Part shown: positions 41,300 through 52,805 of the stretch, in pieces
Layout of the letters: each line of letters starts with the position of its first letter
How positions within the stretch are numbered: position 1 is the first letter of the stretch
From: Bugula neritina
Taxonomy: Eukaryota; Animalia; Bryozoa
Direction: 5' to 3'
Assembly (NCBI GenBank): GCA_964035545.1
Contig: OZ037766.1
Coordinates: 15,118,722 to 15,182,721, forward strand
Length of the DNA: 64,000 bases
Position numbers and translations under genes: made by a program
The notes under the pieces: model-generated
What the model was told of the DNA's origin: nothing
Databases searched by the model: none
Seen by the model: the letters and a program-made list of their open reading frames with translations, nothing else

Positions 41300-42910
41300 G
41301 AAAAGTGTGAATTTTGGTAAAAAGGCTTGCATGGATAGTTATTCTTACAGAATCTGAAACACGTACTGAAAACATTCCACCGTAAAGACCCAAAGAGTTT
41401 AACTAACACAAAATAACGTGCTGTAGTCTACAATAGCTAAACTATTATGTAAAAATATCCAATATAGAACATTTTAATATAATATGTATTGTTAACATGC
41501 ACTCTATTTTATGATTATCGAAATATTGATTTTTTTTCAATTCATTTTATGCCCACAGTAGTACTACCTAGGAAGCTATATATATAGTTTGCTTCAACAT
41601 TTGCTAGCAGGTCAAATGAGTACTGATGAATAATTTTATACTCAAAAAGATCAGTCATTATCTCCAACGCTGAACAATAGACAAAAAAGCATGACAGTAA
41701 TTTTGATGTTATTATGGGAAGCAATGATGGTGCCGAAACCTGCCAATTAACAGGTATTTGCCTACTAACCCTATTAACTGCTAAAATGGAGCTAGAATGC
41801 AACTTAATCCTATATAGAGATGGTAGACTTATGGTTTGTGAAAGAACACCTAGAAATAATAAACGGAGTGAGAAAAAATTTGAAGCTTTTTCAGAAAATT
41901 TACTCTCTCAATTACAATAGAAGCTAACAAAAAAGTTGTAAGCTCCCGAGATGTAACATTCAAGCTAACTAACCAACCATACAAACCTTTTACAAAACTG
42001 CTAGAAGTACCATCTTCTGTGTACACAAGCAAAGCGACCACCCACTTGCAGTATCGAAAAAACCCTACCCAAAAATATAAATAAAATATTTAGCGCACTA
42101 TAGTTCAGTGAAATGGAGTTCAACACCACCATACACACATACCAAGAGGCACTCTCAAACAGTGGATACGACAGTAGATTGAAATATAATCCAACTGCAC
42201 CTAAACCCAACAAAATAGTAAAAATCGAAATAGAAGCATATTGTGGTACAACCGACCTTTCAGTTCAACCATGAAAACTAATATAGGAAAAATATGAAAA
42301 ACATTATTGATGGCTAGAACCAACCCAAACTTAAAACTGCATACATCTCTACTACCACTACTCAACTAAACGACACACAATGCAACTGTACACAATCTTC
42401 TGACTGTCCATTAAATGGCATATGCCTATACAAAGACTTAATCTACCAAGCAACTGCGACAAGACATGATGATCACTCCAGCCAATCACACATAGAAATC
42501 TGTTCAACTATTTCCAAAATCCAATTAGACAAATATTAAGCTTCCTTCCTACATGCAAGAACACACAACTTGGATTTTACAAGAAGACAACAAAAAGTTT
42601 AGCTTAAAATGGAGCACTTTGAAAATATGTAAATTGAACTGCAACTTAACTAACAGATGCAACTTATGTAGCTATGAAAAATACGTAATCTTAAAACAAC
42701 CAGAGTTATTCTCCTCAACAAATGTAAAGAACTTTTTAGCACATGCAAGCACAAACGAAAAATGTTGCTTGCGCATTTAAAAGATGCCAATTAAAAAATT
42801 CGCGTAGCAATGCGCAAACAATCTAAATTTCAAAATAAAATCCCTCGACCATAATGACCTAATGAGTGTATTTTATGCTACACAAAACAAATTTGTAGTC
42901 ATCTATGTGA
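41300..42910 (+). mobile_element. Degenerate Penelope-like element, Hydra-type (RT plus C-terminal GIY-YIG), copy 1
   Basis: FDVIMGSNDGAETCQL, LYRDGRL and CNCTQSSDCPLNGICL..LIYQAT motifs; many stops and frameshifts; 3' hammerhead remnant. Confidence 0.85.
42854..42902 (+). ncRNA. Decayed type I hammerhead ribozyme
   Basis: ATGAC-CTAATGA-GTGTA[ttttatgc]TACAC-AAAA-CAAATTTG-TA-GTCAT. All three stems pair, but the core has CTGATGA>CTAATGA and GAAA>AAAA. Confidence 0.75.
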
Positions 42911-42992
42911 GTAAATAAATTTATTATACTCAATATACCTAGTATCAATACCAAATACACACGCACGCACGCACGCACGCACACACGCACGC

Positions 42993-44310
42993 GAGTTTAT
43001 TTCATTTGACGTTGCAGACTTTTATCCCTCAATTTTACAAAACTTACTCCAAAAAGCTCTAACTTTTGCATCAGCATTTGACACAATCAGTAAGGTTGAA
43101 ATAAAACTCTCGACTCTGCAACTCTAGAAAAGCATGCAGGGAAACACAACTTCATCCTTTTTTTGATGTGGCAATGGGAGGGTACTATGGCGCAGAAACA
43201 TGTGAACTAATCGGAGCATACATTCTAAATATCATAGCACAAAAACATAACATGAAAAAACTTTGGGCTTTACAGAGATGATGGTTTAGGAATCTCAAAC
43301 AAAACTCTAAAAGAAACAAAAAACATGCAAAATATTCTCTGAAAATGTCTTAAAAATAACAATGGAAAGCAAATAAAAAAGTTATCAACTTTTTAGACAC
43401 TATCCTTAACTTAAACAACAAAACCTACACCAAACAGTTCTACTAAATACATTCATAGCAAACCCAACCACCCACCAAGCCTCATCTCAAATCTACCCTC
43501 CTCCGTTAATAAACAACTGCCACCAATATCCTCTAATGAAACAATTTTCAAGCAATCCACCTCCAACCACCAGAACCTCCTAAACCAAAGTGGCTGCAAC
43601 CAACAGCTACACTTTCTATCAAAACTACTAACAAATAACACACACAAAAATTCCCAAAACAGAAAAAAAAAATTGATACAATCTCTCTTAGAGCCAACAC
43701 GTAACCACAAAAATTACAAAAACATTTTTAAAATTATGAATGTAGAATTCTGAAACAACATCCACTCTATAAGAGAGTCAACAAAAACAATATAAAAGTT
43801 AGCTACAGCTGTATGCCAAACATAAAACAGACGATAAACACCCACAATAATAGAATATTAGAACAACAAAAGCAACCAAAACAAAACCCCTACAAAAAGT
43901 TGCAACTGCTGGGAAGCAGAAAGTTGTCCTCTAAAAGGAAACTGCCAGAAGAGCAAAGTAGTATATTAAGCAACTTTAAAAACTGCTGACAACGAGCCTG
44001 CAATGCACATTGGTTTGAGGGAAGGACTTTTCAAAGTAAGATATTCAAACCACAAATCATCATTTAACAACAAAGAGAAAGCAAATCAGACAGAACTTAG
44101 CAAATACATTTGGCAACTAACTAACAACATTAAACACACTATAAGTTAATTGAAAATATTAAAGACATATACCATTACCAAACGGTGTAATTTATGCTTA
44201 TTGGAATGTTTTTTATACTTTATACAAACCTAACATGTGCACTTCAAACAAGTGAAACAAAATTTTATCAACCTGCCTACATTAAAAAAAATGTTCACTG
44301 TGCAACCATA
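42993..44310 (+). mobile_element. Degenerate Penelope-like element, Hydra-type, copy 2 (5'-truncated)
   Basis: EFISFDVAD, FDVAMGGYYGAETCELIG, GLYRDDGLG, INFLD, KVSYSCMPN, CPLKGNCQKSKVVY and TELSKYIW; starts directly after a (CACG)n tract at ~42957-42992. Confidence 0.88.
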
Positions 44311-44519
44311 AAACTTAGAGATTCTATATATCTTTATATTTTATATACTAGAGTTAATAATATTCCAACACCTATAATAACCATCCAATAACAATTATAT
44401 TTGTTATAAATTGTGTGTTAACATTGTGTTTCTTTATGTATTTAAAAATATTTAAAAGCCTATAAGGCTACCTCATCTGACAATAGTGAGCACTTTTATA
44501 CCCTTTATCAAGAAACTAA

Positions 44520-45580
44520 ACATGCAAACTACCAGGAAATGATCTACCTGTGTCAATAGTCCTGTATATTGATAGAGAAAAAAACTTCAATGTTTTCTTG
44601 TCATATATATCATTCAGGCTGGACAATGGGAGCCCAGAGTATTAAAGAGAATTTCTATTGTATACTGCTGGGCCAGATGCAACAAAAGTGGTTGAAACTT
44701 CAGCTAGATATGCTGAGAATAGAAATTGCAAGACGATTCTGGAAACTTTGGAGCAAGAAAAAAATACCATACATGAAAGGTATAAATTCAATACAAGATC
44801 TCAGTTGACAGGTGAGAGATTTGATGCCTTTTATTCAAAAATAAGATCGTGAGCACGTCATTGCAACTTTACCTATCAAGCTATAAGTGAGGGTTAGACG
44901 CCATTAAATGAAATGCTAAGGAGCCGAATAGTCTTAGGGCTGAGAGATGATGCAATGCACAATTGAAGCTTATATCCAAAGGAAATGGGCTTATATTGGC
45001 AGCGCAGCAGTCACTCTTTGCAGGGCTCAAGAGGTTACCTCAAGTGCAATGAGTTAATTAGAAGCTAGTATCTCATTACAGTTACATAGAAGCAGTGACT
45101 GCAAGTACTAATAAATTTGGAAAATATTTAGGAGGAAGCAAGACTAGCTTGAAAGGCACTAACTAATCTTATAAATTTGAGAAAAAAGTAAAACTAGTAA
45201 AGGTAAACCAGCATTGCAGAACGTCAAACGGCTGGAGATAGTCAACAAGCTATGCCTAGTAGTAACTTGGAATCTAGACAGCAAAGTATGTCTACCAGTA
45301 CACGAATTTCAAAAGACCAGGCGGCATAATATAATCAAATGAGTAGACCTAGTGATAGGCCACAGAGGTTAAAGAAAACACCAAAGTGTGTATCTAGAAG
45401 ATTATAATACTTCAAGATGGATAGAAAAACATTTGCAAATTTTCTAAAGTTATATGAAAAAGAAATTTGAAGTGTCATTATACAAATATTTGGTTTAAAG
45501 GATCTAAACTAATGGTATTGTAAGAAAATTATTGGATTTTTTACTAAAAACATTTAATAGCTTGAAACGGAGACGTTATG
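44520..45580 (+). mobile_element. Internally deleted Gypsy-type LTR retrotransposon remnant (gag plus pol 3' tail)
   Basis: LLYTAGPDA, KNTIHERYKFNTRSQLTGERFDAFY, EMLRSRIVLGLRDD and LCRAQE gag motifs; RPQRLKKTPK tail typical of pol ends; no RT or integrase between them. Confidence 0.7.
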
Positions 45581-46349
45581 TAAGCAACAATTGTTGTAAG
45601 GAATAATTGAAATGATTGAAATTCTTTGTACACTTTTTTGGAGAAAGATAAAAATTAAAAAATAAAAACATAATTATCACAAAACAATGTTAACAGGTAG
45701 TAATACATAAACAGTAATACATTTTGAACAAACTCACTCGACTCAATGGGTATACTTCATTACAATATCTTGTTATATGAAACAAATCTGTAGCCAGCTA
45801 ATTAAGTGGTTTTTTTTGTCCAATATAGTGCAATTAGGCCTACATGATATGTAAAAGACTCATAAAATCCACTATTAGAACTTGTTTATAGAACTTTTCT
45901 TTGTGTAAATATACAATCATTGAAATTTTCCAAAGTATCGATGTAGGTATTGCATGCAATCTCAGCATTTTTTTACAATTAACACGAGCGAAATTATATG
46001 CAGTTTGTATTCATCTACGTGAGAGCTCTTCTGCAGTAATTGTAATACAACCCTTTACGTTCTCTTGCTTTTGACAAAAAAATACTATAATCAGGTACAT
46101 TTGTTTTTAGGATTGCCATTGAGACCATTGTAACCAGCTATTAGAAATTTTTAGAAAATATACGTTAAGCTGCAATAGTTTGGCTGCTGTATAAACGTAT
46201 GTTATTTACTTACCAGTTTAATCGATTTGACACAATAAAACCCATGCAAATTTATAGTCGCCATCCTTCTGAGAAAATCCCTGTTGGAAGGGGTTTTTGT
46301 TAGTGTTGATGATATGCAGAATATGCTTTGTCTTTGAAAATATTTATAC

Positions 46350-49300
46350 TATGTTATTCTTGTTATTAATAATAGTGAGTTTGTGCTTTTAGATTTATCC
46401 AAATTGAACCTTTAATATGTTGAGCAATAAACTATCTTAAACTCTTTGACTGGTCTCTGAATTTATAAAGCAAACATAGCATAAACATGGTGCCTTGAGT
46501 GAGGACTTGAAGAGACTAAAAGTAAAAGTGTTTGCTGGAAAGAGAGACAACAATCAATACAACTAAATCAACAACAAAAGTTCACAATATCATGATGAGT
46601 ATCAGTGTTGACTTTTTAGCCCCCAAGCCTATTCAAGATGGCTCTGACTTGTCCAACCAGTGGAAAAAATTCAAAAAAGAATTATTGAGCTATTTCTCAC
46701 AGCAGCTGAGAAAGCAAATTCTGATAATAAAGTCAAAGTAGCCATTATGTTAAGATGCATAGGCCCAAGAGGCAACGACATATTTAAAACATTCACTTTT
46801 TCAGATGGCAAATCAAAAGAAGTCTATGCTGATGTTGTAGAAAAGTTTGATGCTTTTTGTCAACAAGGCACTAATAAAGTAGTCAAAAGACATCAACTGT
46901 TATCAACCAAGCAGAATATTGATGAATATGTCATCTCACTTCACAAGATTGCTCGAGAGCGTCAACTGGACACGATGTATGATGATTTCCTAATACATGG
47001 CAAGTCCCTTAGCCAACATAACACTAGGTTGGAACAGGTCCTCACTAAACTTAAGCAGGTAGGTACAACACTCAACAAAGATAAATGTGTTGTAGGTAAA
47101 GAGCAGGTAGATTTCTTGGGTCATCGTTTGACAGCTCATGGCACACAACTGCAGCAAGATAAGCTGGAAGCAATTGAACACATGATGATTCCACAAAACA
47201 AGAAAGAGTTGGAGAGCTACTTAGGATTTGTAGCTTATTTGGCAAAGTTTGTTTAGAATCTTTCAGAGTTGACCGTTCCACTCAGACAAGTATGTAGAAA
47301 AGGTGTCCAGTTCCAGTGGGAAAAGCCACAAATGGAGGCTTTTGAAAATATCAAGAAATCTATACTGCAGTCACCTGTCTTGGCATACTTTGACCCTAGC
47401 AAGCTTATTACTCTTTCCTTTTATGCAAGTGCCCACAGTCTTAGAGCAGTGCTACTGCAGGATGGTAGACCTGTTGAATTTGCTGCCAAGTCATTGGCAG
47501 GATCTCAGCAAAACTATTCGCAAATAGAGAAGGAGCTTATGGCTATTGTATTTGCTTGCAAGAGATTCAAGTATTATATATGGTGCAGGGGCCCAGTCAA
47601 AGTTGAAACAGATCATAGAAGCTTGCTGGGTTTGTTTGAGAAGGCAATATGACTCCAAGACTTGTGAAGATGAGGCTGTAATTGCTGGAATATCTTATTG
47701 ACATGCATCTAACATTCAGACCAGGTAAAAAAAGTCTTGGCAGATACCTTGTCAAGACGCTGCCCATCAGAATCAACAGAAAATGTTTAGGTAGATGTAG
47801 ACCCTATGTTGCAGGTATGTTTTATAGTAATCCGCTCAGATGAGGTGATGGCTAAGTATCAAAAAGCCACAGAAGAAGATAAAAAGCTGTCAATGGTGAT
47901 TAAATCTGTTAGAAAAGGATGGCCTAATACTCGTAAAAGTTGTGCTGGTAGAGCGCTGGCTTACTGGAATATAAAAGATTCGCTCACGGTATAATGAAGG
48001 TTTAGTGTTCTATGGGTCTAGATTAGTAATACCCAGCATGCTGCGACAGGAGGTTCTAAGGGATCTACATTTGACTCATCAGGGAGTGAGTAAAACATTG
48101 CAAAAAGCTCAACACTCTGTGTTTTGGCCAGGTATTCGAAAAAGACTAGAAGAAAAATGCTTATCTTGCGAACCTTGTAAAGAGTTTGAGAAAACAGAAA
48201 GCAGGGAACCACTCATATCTTTTCCAATACCCCAATACCTGTTTCAAGTTGTAGGAGCTGACTTGTTTACTGTTGGGGGCACTGATTAACTCTTAGTAGT
48301 AGATTACCTGAGTAGGTTCCCAGTGGTGAAATGCCTTAAACAATCTATAGTAGCAGCTCAGGTGATAAGTAGTTTAGGTGAAGTGTTCTCTAATTTTGTA
48401 TGCTCTGAAGTCCTCATCTCTGATAATAGGCCACAGTTTTGCTGCAATGAGTTTACTAAGTACTGTCGGGAATGGGTAATACAACATCGTACAAGCTCAC
48501 CACTACATCCAGCAGGAAATGGCCAAGTAGAGCGCTGGGTAGGTACGGTAAAAGCTATTATTCAAAAGTGTAACGCAGAGGGTGAAGACTGGCAAAAGCT
48601 TTGTTGTCTTTGAGAAACACACCAGTGGATCAAAACATACCATCTCCATCAGAACCTCTGCAAGGTAGACTATTAAGGGACAGTATTCCGGTCATGTCAG
48701 CCAAATACCAAGTGAGTGGTTATGAGATTGAAGATGCAAGAGAGAAGTTAGGAGAAAGACAATCAAAACAGAAATTTTACTTTGACCGTAAGGGTGGCAC
48801 TGAAAAATCACTTCTAGACTTGGCCAAAACTGTCACTTCAAGACTGCAAAAGGTAAATGGATTACGGGTACAGTGACAGGTATAAGTGGTATTAGGTCAT
48901 ATGAAATTAATACTCCGGGTGGTAACACGTTTAGGCGCAATAGAGTTGACATTAGGCAAAATTTGGTAAGGAAACCAACTGGAGGTTCACCTATTCCTCA
49001 GGCTATAATGAGAACTCCGGAAGTTCAAGCCACTAGTACTGTAGGCACCGAGCTCGAGCCTGTAATAAGATCCGGTGAAACACAAACAGTCGTTGCAGGT
49101 AAAACGGAGGCATTCCCGGTCAGGGTGGAAAATGAGCGAACTACCGTAGTGGTAAGAGGGTGAGATTGCCTTCTCGATTTGCTGACTATGAAACATAAGC
49201 TCAGTGTCCACCAGACTTACTGGGTTAACTCAATAGTAGGTCATCAATTTATTCCTAGTTTAGTTTGTTGTTTTACTTGTGTGCAACATTTCTAATTTCG

Positions 49301-49450
49301 TACAATTCATTTGGAAAACAATCATTTCAGCCTTAGTAGTGAGCAGTACTACTGATTTAAAGCTGTAGCTAAAGCTGGTTTTATGTTTATCATAGATAGT
49401 TTGCTAGTTTTGTGGTTCATTTGCCTCTTTTTATTGGGAAAAAAGATGAT
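46350..49450 (+). mobile_element. Degenerate Gypsy/Ty3 LTR retrotransposon: LTR end, PBS, gag fused to partial RT, RNase H, integrase, PPT
   Basis: AATAAA...CA then PBS at 46488; gag WKKFKK/LRCIG; RT DDFLIHG...LNKDKC...VDFLGH; RNase H NYSQIEKELMAIVFAC and ETDHRSL; integrase HLTH...CLSCEPC, GADLF, SDN, NGQVER; purine tract GGGAAAAAGA near 49436. Multiple stops. Confidence 0.93.
46488..46505 (+). other. Primer-binding site of the Gypsy element, resembling elongator tRNA-Met
   Basis: TGGTGCCTTGAGTGAGGA directly follows the LTR-terminal CA. It matches TGGTGCCCCGTGTGAGGA (complement of the tRNA-Met 3' end, from recall) at 15/18. Confidence 0.6.
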
Positions 49451-51208
49451 GTCATAGATTTTTAGAGTATTCGAACTATGCCAGGCATGAATTTTCCCAT
49501 TGTTGTGATCTTTTGACTGAAATCTTAATTAAGCTGAAATATAACAAGAAACATTGAAAAATACTCTATAAACTGAAAAAAACATGCAAAAATCCAAACA
49601 CTATTACAAAATTATGCAGCCTAGCTATGCTTGTGCAAATAGTTTTTATCTTATACAAACTAAATATGTCCATGGCAAACAAAAGAATTGAATTACTGTA
49701 AACCACCTGCATTCAAATGAGTTTCTACTATGTAACCATAACACATGAAACTTTATAATATATAATATTGAAAAGTATAATTAATTAACTATATACCATT
49801 GCTTGATATTCATTGTATCTTTACGTTTTGTTACACTTGCTGTTTTTGAGTTACATAATGTAATGATTTAAGAATTTACCAATGTGCTTGATGAGAGCTG
49901 CAGAAGCATGAAAATATATTTATATATCCCAAATCATCAATTGACATCATTTGATGTCGTCTCCCATTTGGCTTCTGCACTACTTGGCTATACATTTTAT
50001 GATAAGCAACCAATAGAAACAACTATATCAAGAAGGAAAATAACAAACATGTTTAACCTTTGTGCAAAACATGTTCATTTTAGTTTTAATAACATCATTT
50101 ATACACAAACAGATGATGTAGTTATGGGGTTTTCTTTTGGACCAATAATTGGCAATATATTTATGACAAAACTGAAGCAAAAACTTATGCTAAGATGAAA
50201 TTAAATGTAGCCTTGGATAAAATACATGGGTGACACATTCACAACAATAGACACTCAACACCCCTGATTATTTTCATCCAAACATAAAATTTACACATGA
50301 ACTAAAAAACAATGAATTCTTTTCATTTCTGGATGCTGTAGTTTTTCAAGAACATGTTCACTGGAAACCCAGGTATCCCGTAAACAACTCATAATAATAC
50401 TTAGTGACAGTGGAACTATTTTCTTCTTAAAACCTTAAATTGAGCACACTAAAATCACTAGTGTTAAAAGCTCATAAGGTCTATTCTACTCAAACTCGCT
50501 ATAGAAAAAGATTGGTTGACTATACAACTCTCAAACAGTATTCAGATGATAGAGGAGATATATGCATATGTTCATACCATATAGGTAAAGTGTGTCATGG
50601 ATTTTTGAAAGAACCTTGAACTAAAATATATTTGCAGTGTCTTTAAATAAAAAGATAATAATTTAGAAAAACTCTCAAGTCTCAACAACATTACCAAGTA
50701 ACTCCTCAGTGAAAAAAACACACTAAAAAACATCTCTTAATTTAGTGAAACCGGATAAATGAACATTGCCATGTTATTAATTCAAAAATTTATCAACATA
50801 TCTCCACTACTAACCATGGAAGCCTTTCAATAGACAATGTAACAGTTCTGAATCAGTCATTTAAAGGAATCCCCAATCGAAAATTATAGCTGAAGCACTC
50901 TGCATTAAACAAATAAACCACAAGTTAATAAACAAAATTACTCCATACCACTAAAACTATGCCAATAAGTTTTACACTACTCAACTTTCACCAAGCCATG
51001 TTGTTTTTATATTCAGATATTTATATTTTGTCAACTCTAATTTATTTTTTATGCAAAGAAATCCGTATAATTTTTGACTCATGTAATATAAAAAACAAGG
51101 TTATCTCCCTCAGTTTAAATAATTTGAAATAACTGCCACTCTTTATACTTTGTGTCATGCATAGTGTTTAACATGACGTAATAATTTTTGAATTTTTATT
51201 TTTCATTG

Positions 51209-51250
51209 TTACTCTGAAGATGGGCACAGTGGTGCCCGAAATATAAGTTA
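51209..51250 (+). ncRNA. Minimal hammerhead-like motif in the Penelope pLTR
   Basis: ACT-CTGAAGA-T-GGGCAC[agtg]GTGCCC-GAAA-TATA-AGT: intact core boxes and a 6-bp stem II, but very short stems I and III. Confidence 0.6.
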
Positions 51251-51680
51251 ATTACTTTGCCTAATAAAGTAATAAAACAACAATGTTTATCGTATACTTA
51301 TTCATAATTAAACTGATAGCTCGTAAAGATATGTTTAAGTTAATCGAAGAGAAACACAAATCTCATTTGTTGAACAAATGAGATTGTCAACAAGATGTTA
51401 CAAATCATTCTAGATTAAATCAACAAAGATTAAAGCTGACATAAATTATATTCTAATTTTCAAGAGAGAATCTTATCTCCTACATTTTCTCAAGTGGAAT
51501 TGTCTATTCCTGGTAAGAACTACAAACTAAAAGCGAAAATTCCAAAACTAATTATGGAACAAGAATTAAAGAACAAACACCACTAGAAAAAGAGAGTACA
51601 GCAATCTCTTAATGAAGTCAAACAATTTCTTCAAAAAACCTAAGTTTGCTTTTCTATCTAGCCCTCGTAAGTAGAATATC

Positions 51681-52154
51681 TGTTATGGTGGGTTTTACTG
51701 ATTTTGAGTATTGTAAACTCACCGAATAATATGTATAATGTGGCCTTGGGGTGAGCTCAGGGTCGGTGTGCAGTTGCGGGTTAATAGCTTGGCTGCGAGG
51801 TAACTCCAGCTCCTGTCCGTCTGGTAGGGGTGAAGTTGAGACTCCGGGTTACAGTAGTTGGCTGGTGGTGCTCCTCAGTCTATGGTCCTGGGTCAGCACT
51901 CACTGACGTACTCTAACACATTCTAATTGAGTCGCATACATTCTATACAAATATCCGCAATTGTTCCTCAATCAGTCTCAAGTCTCCCAATTCTCCCATT
52001 TGCACTAGGTTATATAGTTACAACACTCACACAAGCCACACCCACGCTATAAGTAATATTAATATCAAACTTAGAGTTGTGCACCCCACACACATCCAAC
52101 AACAAGAGATAACAACTACACATATTTATAATACTTATAAATCCAGATATAACA
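51681..52154 (-). mobile_element. Solo LTR (474 bp) inserted in the Penelope ORF
   Basis: TGTTAT...ATAACA termini, 4-bp target-site duplication TATC (51677-51680 and 52155-52158), GC content above the flanks. TATA-like and AGTAAA signals suggest minus orientation. Confidence 0.85.
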
Positions 52155-52805
52155 TATCCTCTCTATTTTAAAAGAAATTAATTAATTAATTCATTGTGAA
52201 CATGTGCAAAAAATTAAACAACTTCGAAACTGCCCTCAAGGCCCTAAGGCTCAAGAATTAGACACTATGAATAGCCTACACAACCTTTTCTCAGTTCAAC
52301 TTACAAATCAACAACAAGCTATTGCCAGAGCATTAGATGTACACATCCCTACAAGAGCTAACAAAATTCATATTGAATCACAACCTGAATCTTTCTACTC
52401 AAATCAAAACTAATTATCTGAAAATAAACTCAAAGTAATTAAAGGTAAACTCTTAGATACGCACTCCAAATTTATAAACATTAAAACACCAAAATATTTT
52501 GATGACGCCCTAAAAAAATAGAAAAAAAAAATAAAAATATCACAATAATCAAACAAGATGAAGGAAAAGGTACTGTTGTCATAAATAAGAAAGACTAAAA
52601 ATTGACAAATGTTTAGAAATACTTAAGACACCAAAGTTTTCAGCATGTTCTACAGATCTAACAAAAACAATTGAAAATCGAATACAATTAAAATTGCATA
52701 GCATCAAAAAACATTTTCCTGACGCTGACTATAAAAGAATATATTCAACAGGTTCAGCACCTGGGAAATTTTACGGGACGGCTAAAATACACAAATTGAA
52801 GCAAA

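Larger units (their letters stand above)
49880..52805 (+). mobile_element. Degenerate Penelope/Poseidon-type element in partial-tandem arrangement (RT and 3' end, pLTR, then the N-terminal part of the next ORF)
   Basis: TSFDVVS, HFSFNNIIYTQTDDVVMGFSFGPIIGNIFM, IKFTHE, SFLD and AEALCIKQ; after the pLTR come IKQDEGKGTVV and GSAPGKFYGTAKIHK. Confidence 0.82.

Noticed and set aside
49445-49700. Expected 3' LTR of the 46.3-49.4-kb Gypsy element
   Set aside because: I could not match it to the sequence upstream of the PBS, so paired LTRs are not claimed.
49885-49925. TGATGAG...GAAA possible hammerhead remnant
   Set aside because: Core and stems are too degenerate to support.
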